From NCBI GenBank assembly GCA_002687935.1, contig NZBN01000007.1:37030-101029 (forward strand): DNA of 64,000 bases, given 5' to 3'. The notes beneath the pieces were generated by a model. That model was given only the letters and a program-made list of their open reading frames with translations. It did no database searches and was not told the origin of the DNA. Shown here piece by piece: positions 1-8,270 of the stretch. The stretch is from Methanobacteriota archaeon. GTDB lineage: Archaea; Undinarchaeota; Undinarchaeia; Undinarchaeales; Undinarchaeaceae. The first letter of the stretch is position 1, and each line of letters starts with the position of its first letter. The position numbers and the translations under genes were made by a program.

Positions 1-1
1 T

Positions 2-232
2 CTTATAGAAAAAGTAGAGAAGAGATATTCTTACACGCCACGTTTACTATTTTCACTGGGAACTTCCGATGCGGGATATTTCGAAAAAAGTGGTACACCT
101 ACACTATCATTCGGACCTGGAGATTTATACCATATCCATAAAGCTAATGAGCACGTCTCTAGGGCGGGGCTTCGCGCATATGCACTGATTTGCATGGATA
201 TAATTTCAGATGTATGTGAGACAGGAAAATAA
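2..232 (+). CDS. C-terminal fragment of M20-family metallopeptidase (ArgE/DapE-like), truncated by window start
   Basis: Manual translation from position 2: LIEKVEKRYSYTPRLLFSLGTSDAGYFEKSGTPTLSFGPGDLYHIHKANEHVSRAGLRAYALICMDIISDVCETGK*. GTSDA..F, FGPG and H..NE are typical M20 C-terminal motifs. Not in the ORF track. Confidence 0.8.
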   Translation, partial: LIEKVEKRYSYTPRLLFSLGTSDAGYFEKSGTPTLSFGPGDLYHIHKANEHVSRAGLRAYALICMDIISDVCETGK

Positions 233-233
233 C

Positions 234-1577
234 ATGAGAAAGTATCTAAAAAGACCAAAAGTAGGTATGGAAGTCGAGTTGTTTACTCTAGACAATAATG
301 GAATTCCAGTTCCTGCTGTAGATAAATTGATTAAGAATTGTTCTGTGCAGAAGCGGCAATACGCAATACAAAGAGAATATGCAAAACACCTGCTCGAGAT
401 TGGTGCCTTCCCAACAATACAGGTTAGAAATCTTGCCTTAAGTTTCCTTGAAAATTTAGAGGCAGTTACAGAGACTGCTGAAGAACAGGATTTATTTCTA
501 TATCCTTTGGGAACCTATCCTGGAAAATTTACAGCAGAAGTCAGAAGAGAGTATTCTCATGTCGTACAAGAGAAAGTTATTGGTGAAGAAGTTAAAAATA
601 TAGCTCCAAAGGTCGCAGGTTTCCACTTCCATTACGGTCTTCCAAGAGGAATTCTCAATCGCTCGACATATGAGCTTAGAATGACAAAAAATCCAAAGGA
701 GAGGGAGGCATTTTTGAGTGAATATAATTTTTTGATAGCGGCCGACCCGGCTCTGACTACCTTTATGCAATCTTCACCTTTCTTTGAAGGGAAGCTCTTA
801 GGAAAGGACAGCAGAACTTTGCTGTATCGTGATATGAAAAGCAAAGTTAATGATGAAATTATAAGAGGAATTTACAGAGAAGAGAGAACTTTTGGAAGAA
901 TTCCGCGTTATGCTAATACGATTGCAGACTTAAACTTCCTTGTTGAGAAGCGCAGAAGTAGCTGGGAAGCCTTGATGAAGGATGCTGGTATGTCCTATAA
1001 GAAAATTTCACACAGGAAAAAACCACTTGACTTGTATTGGGGTCCTGTAAGGATTAACAAGCTCGGAACTTTAGAACAGCGTGGAATGGATATTAATGAG
1101 CCGAAATACGTTGTTGGAATTTCAATTCTCTTGAGGCATATACTCAGACAGATTAATAGGATGGATCTCAAAGTTAAGGCAAGCGATTTTGGTGCATACA
1201 AGCCCTTCAAACTGGAAGGCGATACTATTCATATAGCTCCCTTTTCAAAAGTTAAAAATGACTTGCAGTATAAGTCTGCGCTGGATGGTCTAGAGGACAA
1301 GGAAATTTTGCATTATTGCCAAAGCTTCTATCGTCTGGCAAAGAAATTTATAGAACATGACAGAGGTCTTGCTCTCAAATCAATCAAAAATATGCTAAAG
1401 ACAAAAAGAACCAAATCTGATATGGTAATCAGAGCTGCAAAGCGAAAGGGCTACTCTGGTGATTCTGAACTGCCTCAGGAAGTTGCTGCAGAAATAGCCA
1501 TAAAATACTCTAAAAAATTCATCACAGAAATAGAAAAAACCAAATCAGATATCAAAAATATCAGCTTAGATGATTAA
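234..1577 (+). CDS. glutamate-cysteine ligase family 2 (GCS2/YbdK-like) carboxylate-amine ligase
   Basis: GMEVELF, LLEI, GFHFHYG, SSPFFEG and WGPVRINKLGTLEQRGMD motifs. ATG at 234 directly follows the upstream stop; the ORF track starts at 210. Confidence 0.7.
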   Translation: MRKYLKRPKVGMEVELFTLDNNGIPVPAVDKLIKNCSVQKRQYAIQREYAKHLLEIGAFPTIQVRNLALSFLENLEAVTETAEEQDLFLYPLGTYPGKFTAEVRREYSHVVQEKVIGEEVKNIAPKVAGFHFHYGLPRGILNRSTYELRMTKNPKEREAFLSEYNFLIAADPALTTFMQSSPFFEGKLLGKDSRTLLYRDMKSKVNDEIIRGIYREERTFGRIPRYANTIADLNFLVEKRRSSWEALMKDAGMSYKKISHRKKPLDLYWGPVRINKLGTLEQRGMDINEPKYVVGISILLRHILRQINRMDLKVKASDFGAYKPFKLEGDTIHIAPFSKVKNDLQYKSALDGLEDKEILHYCQSFYRLAKKFIEHDRGLALKSIKNMLKTKRTKSDMVIRAAKRKGYSGDSELPQEVAAEIAIKYSKKFITEIEKTKSDIKNISLDD

Positions 1578-1586
1578 ATTATATAG

Positions 1587-1661
1587 TGCACCCGGAGGGA
1601 TTTGAACCCCCGACTTCTGACTTAGGAGGTCAGCGCCTTATCCAGACTAGGCTACGGGTGC
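1587..1661 (-). tRNA. tRNA-Arg(CCT)
   Basis: Cloverleaf GCACCCG/CGGGTGC, anticodon arm CTGAC-CTCCTAA-GTCAG, T-loop TTCAAAT, A20 in D-loop; no encoded CCA. Confidence 0.95.
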
Positions 1662-1701
1662 AGACACTCCAATCCATCTGTATATTCGTATTTATCTCTT
1701 A

Positions 1702-3435
1702 CTACATACGTTCAGGAATCCGTATTCCGAGCAAGTAGAGGCATCTTCCGAGTGTATTGTAAACAGACTGTACGAGAAGTATCCTCGCCTTCCTCACGTC
1801 CTTATCCGTTTCCTTCAGTACAGGATGCTGAGCATAGAATGCGTTAAATTTTTCCGCCAAGTGTATAGAATAGTTTGCGATTATATCTGGCCTGTAATTC
1901 TTTGAAGCTTCCCTTACAGCCATTGGAAATTTACTAAGGTGCTTTATTATTTCATATTCCTCATCGTTTGGAACCTTCATGTCAACTTTAGCGGGGTCAG
2001 GGAATTTTTTAACATCTTCAAGTATATGCATTGATCTTACCGTGGCATACTGTAGATAAGGTCCCGTTTCTCCTTCAAATTCAAGTGAGCGTTCCCAGTC
2101 AAAGAATATAGTTTTATTATTTCCAATGTTCAGCATCTGGAATTTCATTGCCCCTAAAGATATATCCAATGCTATCTTCCTCTGCATTCTCGGATCTATG
2201 TCAGGATTCCTCAGCATAACTTCCTCAAGCGCCTTTTCGAACATGCGGTTTTTCATTTCCGAGTAAAGTATTGAAGTTCCTTCTCTGGATGACATCTTCC
2301 CGGAAGCAAGTGTAACAAGGTCGTATGGTATGTGTTTGCATTTATCCGCGTTCTTGAATTTCATCTTCTTAAGCACATTAAAGAGCTGCTGGAAGTGAAG
2401 CCTCTGCTCTGAGCCGGTTATGTATATTGACTTGTCAATTCCATAATCTTCAAATTTAGTTTTTGCCAGAGCAAGGTCCTTTGTCGAATACAAAGCAGTT
2501 CCGTCTGAACGAAGAATCAGGAAAATACCGAGCTTCTCCGGTTTTTCCATATTTATGATAATAGCACCGTCACTTTTCTTTGCTATTTTTTCCTTAAGGA
2601 GCTCCTGTACTATCTCCTTCCCTGGCTTTTCCATCTGGCTTTCAAAGAACCACACATCAAAATGAGCGTCCAAATCTTCGTATATCTTATTGAAATCATT
2701 TATAGACCACTGCTTGGTTTCATTCCAGAGTTGCATTAGGTCTCCATCACTTTCGTCCTCGAGATTTCTGAGAACTTCTTCAACTTCTTTCTTATAGTCT
2801 GGATATTGTTCTATTTTTTCACAGGCTTCAGTGTAGAGCTTGCCCAGCCATTCTCCCTTGCTTTCCCGTGGAACTTCCCCTTCGTGGAATTTTCTATAAC
2901 ACCATAGGACCTTTGCTACATGCGCTCCGACATCTCCAGGGTAGTTCGCCTGAACAACTTCATATCCGGACTGCCTTAGTATCCTTGAAAGGCTCTCTCC
3001 TAGGGAAGTTCCTCTCAAATGTCCTATATGGAAAGCTTTGTGCGTATTCGCCTGACTGTATTCAACCATCACTTTCTCTTCCTGCGGAAGGTTTTGTCCA
3101 TAATCAGTTTTTACAGCTTCTTTCAGAACACTTCCCATAAACAAATCTTTCTTGAAGAAGAAATTAACATAGGCTCCTGCAAGCTTAACCTTTGAGCAGG
3201 ACTTCGGTTTTTTGATATTAGCAAGTATCTTTTCCGCAAATTCTCTCGGACTTTTTCTCTTCAGTTTTCCCAGCGGGAAAGAAACACTGCATGCAAGGTC
3301 TCCCATTTTATAACTTGGAGGTTCTTCAATAGTTCTTTCAATTTCCACTTGTGGCTTTAGTTTTAGCTTTTTCAGAACTTCTTTTACTGCTTCTACAACT
3401 TCTTCCCGTGCTTCCATCCAAGGGTCTGGTATCAA
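1702..3435 (-). CDS. argS: arginyl-tRNA synthetase; true start uncertain, may be fused to the upstream Lys-rich ORF
   Basis: HIGH motif (FHIGHLRG), KMSSR, FEGETGPYLQYA and anticodon-binding domain FNAFY. Confidence 0.97.
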   Translation of the reverse strand: MIPDPWMEAREEVVEAVKEVLKKLKLKPQVEIERTIEEPPSYKMGDLACSVSFPLGKLKRKSPREFAEKILANIKKPKSCSKVKLAGAYVNFFFKKDLFMGSVLKEAVKTDYGQNLPQEEKVMVEYSQANTHKAFHIGHLRGTSLGESLSRILRQSGYEVVQANYPGDVGAHVAKVLWCYRKFHEGEVPRESKGEWLGKLYTEACEKIEQYPDYKKEVEEVLRNLEDESDGDLMQLWNETKQWSINDFNKIYEDLDAHFDVWFFESQMEKPGKEIVQELLKEKIAKKSDGAIIINMEKPEKLGIFLILRSDGTALYSTKDLALAKTKFEDYGIDKSIYITGSEQRLHFQQLFNVLKKMKFKNADKCKHIPYDLVTLASGKMSSREGTSILYSEMKNRMFEKALEEVMLRNPDIDPRMQRKIALDISLGAMKFQMLNIGNNKTIFFDWERSLEFEGETGPYLQYATVRSMHILEDVKKFPDPAKVDMKVPNDEEYEIIKHLSKFPMAVREASKNYRPDIIANYSIHLAEKFNAFYAQHPVLKETDKDVRKARILLVQSVYNTLGRCLYLLGIRIPERM

Positions 3436-3740
3436 TATTTCTTCTTTCTCAGGCTGTTTGACAGCTTTCTTGGGCGCCTTTTAGTTGTTTTTTTCTTTCC
3501 CTTAACAGCTTTCTTAACCAGCCTTTTCTTAGAAACTTTAGCTTTCTTCACTGCCTTTTTCTTAACAACTTTCTTCTTCACAGTCTTCCTGTTAACCTTA
3601 GCAACTTTCTTAGAAACTTTAAATTTCTTAACAGCTTTCCGCTTGTCCTTAACAGCCTTTTTAGAAGTCTTTTTCACAGTTTTAGTCTTTTTCACCATTT
3701 TCTTCTTCTTAATGGGGTTTTTCTTGTTTTTTACAGCCAT
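3432..3740 (-). CDS. Lys/Val/Ala-rich histone-H1-like low-complexity ORF; probably the N-terminal extension of ArgRS separated by a 1-nt frame change
   Basis: ATG at 3740 lies 8 nt after tRNA-Arg(TCG). Repeated KKAVK units; the -1 frame after 3480 continues KAPKKAVKQPEKEEIL in frame with argS. Confidence 0.7.
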   Translation of the reverse strand: MAVKNKKNPIKKKKMVKKTKTVKKTSKKAVKDKRKAVKKFKVSKKVAKVNRKTVKKKVVKKKAVKKAKVSKKRLVKKAVKGKKKTTKRRPRKLSNSLRKKKY

Positions 3741-3748
3741 AATTTTTA

Positions 3749-3824
3749 TGGGCCCAACGGGATTTGAACCCGCAATCTCCTGGTCCGAAGCCAAGTGTCA
3801 TAATCCGGGTTAGACCATGGGCCC
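3749..3824 (-). tRNA. tRNA-Arg(TCG)
   Basis: GGGCCCA/TGGGCCC acceptor stem, anticodon loop CTTCGGA, T-loop TTCAAAT. Confidence 0.93.
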
Positions 3825-3846
3825 GCTGTGTATATAGTTTTTTTGA

Positions 3847-4389
3847 TTAAATAGTATTCGCTACTATGCTCAATATCCCACTAAAGTAGTATGTTAGCAA
3901 AAAGTAGTTTCCTATTGTATTAAAGAAACCGAAGGCGATTCGCCGGTCAAGTGGGTCAAAAAATACACGGTTTCTGATGATTGAGAAAAGGACATTTGTG
4001 ATTAATATTATGGACCACAGAGCGAATTGATAAAGGAGATGGGGTGGCGCGAAACTGACCGCAATCACAACACAAAACAGGGCAATCATGTCCATAATCA
4101 CCCATGGTATTTTCTGTATATTTCCAAGAATTTTCCCAGCCGGGTTCAGGAAAATCGTACTCATAACTATGGCATACATCGCTTCTGACAGCCCCAGGGT
4201 TGCGACGGCTGCAATAAGAAAAACGTTGTGAAATTCGAGTTTCAGGTTATCATATATAGAGCTCGACCTACTTGCTATTGTGATAAGACTTACAAGAATG
4301 ACACCTTTCCAAGTTTCTGGATAGAGGAGCATAGGAAGAACCATACAAACTATGATGGTCGTTAGCAGAACCTTTGCTCCAGTTTTCAC
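3847..4389 (-). CDS. hypothetical integral membrane protein (about 6 TM; ECF S-component-like size and topology)
   Basis: 180 aa almost wholly hydrophobic ORF filling the gap between tRNAs. Confidence 0.6.
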   Translation of the reverse strand: MKTGAKVLLTTIIVCMVLPMLLYPETWKGVILVSLITIASRSSSIYDNLKLEFHNVFLIAAVATLGLSEAMYAIVMSTIFLNPAGKILGNIQKIPWVIMDMIALFCVVIAVSFAPPHLLYQFALWSIILITNVLFSIIRNRVFFDPLDRRIAFGFFNTIGNYFLLTYYFSGILSIVANTI

Positions 4390-4468
4390 CGTATTTTGAT
4401 AAACAACATGAATTAAATAATCATCGATAGCAGCAAGCTTAAAATAACAGGCTTCAATATCAAAGTCT

Positions 4469-5098
4469 ATGGGAAAACGGGAGCAGTCTTTTACATTTTT
4501 GAAAAAATCAGGTTCTCTTGGCCTTATAACGGCTGTGTTTTTCCTTCTCGCCGTTTATGGACTTATAGCCTCATCTAATATTCTCTTTATTGCAGGACTT
4601 TTTACAATACTGAGTATTTACAGCAGAATATACTCATGCAAAGCGCCGCTTGACATTTCTGTCATCGGCATCGGCTCAATCTGCATCGCTGTAGTTAGTG
4701 ATGTGTGGCTCGCCGCAATCTTCGGATTTTCTATGTGGCTCATCACAATGATGTGGCAGCCTTATATTGAATTCAGCTACCAAATACCTCACGCCATCGC
4801 TTCATTTATTGTGATGCTATTCTTTCCACTTTTTATTTCATATGCAGGAAAAAACCTGGTTCTTATGGCAGTTTCTTATGCCCTTGTAAAGTTCATAATT
4901 GAATCTATACTTTTCACACCACTCCTTAGGCCCGCCACAATAATTCCTGATTTGATATTTAATCTTCAGGAGCTTCCCTTTACAATATTCTATACGGCCA
5001 TTGTAATGCAGTTTTTCGCCGGTCCAATCTTACTTTCTCTTGGAATTTCTGGCTGGGAAACAGGCTCCTTGTGGTTATTTATAAAAATGATTTTCTAA
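4469..5098 (+). CDS. hypothetical integral membrane protein (6-7 TM)
   Basis: 209 aa hydrophobic ORF divergent from the previous one. Confidence 0.6.
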   Translation: MGKREQSFTFLKKSGSLGLITAVFFLLAVYGLIASSNILFIAGLFTILSIYSRIYSCKAPLDISVIGIGSICIAVVSDVWLAAIFGFSMWLITMMWQPYIEFSYQIPHAIASFIVMLFFPLFISYAGKNLVLMAVSYALVKFIIESILFTPLLRPATIIPDLIFNLQELPFTIFYTAIVMQFFAGPILLSLGISGWETGSLWLFIKMIF

Positions 5099-5107
5099 AT
5101 AAGAAAG

Positions 5108-5182
5108 TGGGCCTGGAGGGATTTGAACCCCCGATCTATTGCTTAGAAGGCAATCGCCTTATCCAGACTAGGCTACAGGCCC
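5108..5182 (-). tRNA. tRNA-Arg(TCT)
   Basis: GGGCCTG/CAGGCCC acceptor stem, anticodon arm ATTGC-CTTCTAA-GCAAT; D and T arms identical to tRNA-Arg(CCT). Confidence 0.95.
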
Positions 5183-5207
5183 GACAAAACTATGGGCTAG
5201 GGTCTTT

Positions 5208-8200
5208 TTATCGCTTTCTGTGATAATCCTGTAAGGACATTGCCTCGTTGTGGACTCCATTATACTTTCTGAATTTTATTGCCTCAAGAGCGGCACCCGC
5301 CCCTGACATTGTCGTTATACAGGGAATTGCGTGTTTTATACAGGCTCTCCGTATTTTATAACCGGCCCTCTCCCGGCTTCCTGCGGTTGTCGGTGTATTT
5401 ATCACCAAATCAATTCCCTTCTCTTTAATCATAGTGACTATATCTGGTATCCCTTCTCCGGATTTCAAAACCTTCTGTACTTTAATTCCATTAATTCTCA
5501 ACATTTTAGCGGTTCTTCCCGCTCCTGCTATTTTGAATCCCATATTTTCAAATTCCTTCGCAATTTCCACAGTCTCTTCTTTGTCTTTATTCCGTACAGC
5601 GAAGAAAATTTTGCCTTTTTCCGGAAGCTTCAGACCTGCTCCTAATTGAGCTTTATAATAAGCGATTGGAAAGTTATCAGCAATTCCCATAGTTTCTCCT
5701 GTGCTTTTCATCTCGGGTCCAAGTGCCGTATCTGAGCCTGGTATTTTGTTGAAAGGAAAAACAACTGATTTCACAGACACATGTTGGGTTTTTCCTGGCT
5801 CAGTACACCCAAGTTCTTTCAGACTTTTTCCAAGCATAACTCTTGCAGCAATTTTCGCAAGTTGAATTCCAGATGCTTTGCTTATGAAGGGGACAGTTCT
5901 ACTACTTCTTGGATTTACTTCCAGAACATAGACAATAGAATCTCTGACTGCATACTGTATATTCAAAAGACCCTTTATGTTGAGTTCCCTAGCAAGTTCC
6001 TCTGTATATTTCTTAATAGTCTTGATTTCTGCATCTGTCAAAGTTTGCGTCGGCGTTACACAACTTGAGTCCCCTGAATGAATTCCTGCCTGTTCTATAT
6101 GTTCCATTATACCACCTATCAATGTGTCAGTTCCGTCTGAAACCGCGTCTACATCTATTTCTGTTGCACTCCCTAAAAATTCGTCTATCAATACTGGGTG
6201 TTCCTTTGAAACCTTTACAGCCTCGTTAATATATCGTTCAAGATCTAAATCATTAAACACAATTTCCATTGCCCTTCCTCCTATCACATAACTTGGGCGT
6301 ATTAGAACCGGATATACAATTTTTTCTATTACTTCTCGTGCTTCCTCAAGGCTGTGAGCAATACCATTCTCTGCTTGCGGTATTCCCAATTTTTCTATAA
6401 TCTTTGAGAACTTATCCCTGTCCTCAGCTCGGTCCATGTCCTTCGGAGAAGTTCCCAATATATTCACACCCGCCTTTTCCAATAAAAGAGAAAGATTAAC
6501 AGAAGTCTGTCCTCCAAATTGTGTCATCACTCCGTAGGGCTTTTCATTATTAATTATTCTCATCACACTGCTAAATGTCAGTGGCTCGAAATAAAGACGG
6601 TCTGAAGTATCATAGTCTGTTGATACCGTCTCTGGATTATTGTTAATTATTATTGATTCAAAACCTTCTTTTTGTATCGCCCCAAGTGCATGAACAGTGG
6701 AGTAATCAAATTCAATTCCCTGCCCAATTCGTATAGGACCTGAACCAAGTATCATAATCTTCTTTTTATCTTCAGCTACTGCTTCATTCTCTCCTTCTGC
6801 AGAATAAAAGTAAGGTGTCTTTGCTTCAAACTCAGCTGCGCAAGTATCAACCATCTTGAAGCCCTCTATTTCTTCCCTTTCTAAAAACACTCTTTTAACT
6901 CCATTGAGGAACCAAGGGTCTATCTTGGTCAATTTGTGTATTTCTTCCACTGATACTCCTTTTTTCAGAGCGGATGCTATATAGAAAAGTCTTTTGTGCG
7001 TCGGTATTTCAAGCAGATAAAGATTTTCAAAATCCTCAAGACCTTCTTTCAAACTTTCTTTGTCAATATCAAGACTTGCTACAGCCTTTTCCAGACTCTC
7101 TTCAAAGGTTCTGCCTATTGCCATAACTTCACCAGTTGCCCGCATTTCAGTTCCCAATGTTCTGTCAGCAAGATGGAACTTCTCAAAAGGCCACCTTGGT
7201 ATCTTGGTTACAATATAATCAAGAGCAGGCTCAAAACTTGCCTTAGTCTCCTCAGTGATGGGATTGTCTATCTCATCAAGAGTCATTCCTATTGATATTT
7301 TCGCCGCAATAAGTGCTATTGGATACCCCGTCGCCTTTGATGCCAGAGCAGAGCTTCTGGAAACCCTCGGATTTACCTCTATCACAATATATCTGTTACT
7401 TTCTGGGTCAAGTGCAAACTGAATATTACAACCTCCCTCCACATTCAGAGCTCTGATTATTTTCAGAGATGCAGTCCTCAGCATCTGATATTCTTTATCG
7501 GTCAGAGTCTGTGATGGGGCGACAACTATACTGTCTCCAGTATGAATTCCCACTGGATCAAAATTTTCCATATTGCAGACAGTTATACAATTGTCTGCCG
7601 AATCCCGCATTACTTCATATTCTATTTCCTTCCAACCAGTGACACACTCTTCAATCAGAATCTGCCCAATCCTACTGTTCGCTATTCCTCCTGAGGATAT
7701 ACTTTCAAGTTCCCGCATATTTTCAGCTATCCCTCCACCTGTTCCTCCAAGCGTATATGCAGGTCTAACTATTACAGGAAATCCAACTTCTTCTGCTATC
7801 CGTTTTGATTCATCGACACTGGTTGCTATTCCTGATTTTGGTATAGGCTCGCCTATTTTAATCATCATATCTTTGAAAAGTTCCCTGTCTTCACAGTCCT
7901 TTATTGCCTTCAGCGGAGTTCCAAGTATCTCTACATTATTTTTTTCAAGAATTCCGGAATCTGCCAGCTCTGCAGTAAGATTAAGACCTGTTTGTCCCCC
8001 AAAACTGGACAGAACTCCGTCCGGCTTTTCCTTTTCAATTATTCTTTCAAGAGATTCAAGTGTCAGTGGCTCAATATATACAGAGTCCGCCATATCACTG
8101 TCAGTTTGTATAGTCGCAGGATTAGAATTCACTACTACAGTTTTCAGACCTTCTTCGCGCATTGACTTCAGAGCCTGCGACCCTGAATAATCAAATTCTG

Positions 8201-8270
8201 CAGCCTGTCCGATAATAACTGGACCTGCTCCTATCACCAGAACTTTTTTGATATCATTTCTTTTTGGCAT
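5208..8270 (-). CDS. carB: carbamoyl-phosphate synthase large subunit
   Basis: MPKRNDIKKVLVIGAGPVIIGQAAEFDYSG, duplicated ATP-grasp halves, EVNPRVSRSS, C-terminal MGS domain. Confidence 0.98.
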   Translation of the reverse strand: MPKRNDIKKVLVIGAGPVIIGQAAEFDYSGSQALKSMREEGLKTVVVNSNPATIQTDSDMADSVYIEPLTLESLERIIEKEKPDGVLSSFGGQTGLNLTAELADSGILEKNNVEILGTPLKAIKDCEDRELFKDMMIKIGEPIPKSGIATSVDESKRIAEEVGFPVIVRPAYTLGGTGGGIAENMRELESISSGGIANSRIGQILIEECVTGWKEIEYEVMRDSADNCITVCNMENFDPVGIHTGDSIVVAPSQTLTDKEYQMLRTASLKIIRALNVEGGCNIQFALDPESNRYIVIEVNPRVSRSSALASKATGYPIALIAAKISIGMTLDEIDNPITEETKASFEPALDYIVTKIPRWPFEKFHLADRTLGTEMRATGEVMAIGRTFEESLEKAVASLDIDKESLKEGLEDFENLYLLEIPTHKRLFYIASALKKGVSVEEIHKLTKIDPWFLNGVKRVFLEREEIEGFKMVDTCAAEFEAKTPYFYSAEGENEAVAEDKKKIMILGSGPIRIGQGIEFDYSTVHALGAIQKEGFESIIINNNPETVSTDYDTSDRLYFEPLTFSSVMRIINNEKPYGVMTQFGGQTSVNLSLLLEKAGVNILGTSPKDMDRAEDRDKFSKIIEKLGIPQAENGIAHSLEEAREVIEKIVYPVLIRPSYVIGGRAMEIVFNDLDLERYINEAVKVSKEHPVLIDEFLGSATEIDVDAVSDGTDTLIGGIMEHIEQAGIHSGDSSCVTPTQTLTDAEIKTIKKYTEELARELNIKGLLNIQYAVRDSIVYVLEVNPRSSRTVPFISKASGIQLAKIAARVMLGKSLKELGCTEPGKTQHVSVKSVVFPFNKIPGSDTALGPEMKSTGETMGIADNFPIAYYKAQLGAGLKLPEKGKIFFAVRNKDKEETVEIAKEFENMGFKIAGAGRTAKMLRINGIKVQKVLKSGEGIPDIVTMIKEKGIDLVINTPTTAGSRERAGYKIRRACIKHAIPCITTMSGAGAALEAIKFRKYNGVHNEAMSLQDYHRKR

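Noticed and set aside
3488-3494. A7 run (minus strand) as the -1 slippery site joining the Lys-rich ORF to argS
   Set aside because: A -1 shift there reads AAC AAC TAA and stops before reaching the argS frame
3741-3794. ORF-track N-terminus MASDQEIAGSNPVGPIKI of the Lys-rich ORF
   Set aside because: It lies inside tRNA-Arg(TCG); the real start is ATG 3740
1587-5182. Integrated element bounded by the similar tRNA-Arg(CCT) and tRNA-Arg(TCT) genes
   Set aside because: Both are complete tRNAs with different anticodons, the cargo is housekeeping argS, and there is no integrase or att duplication
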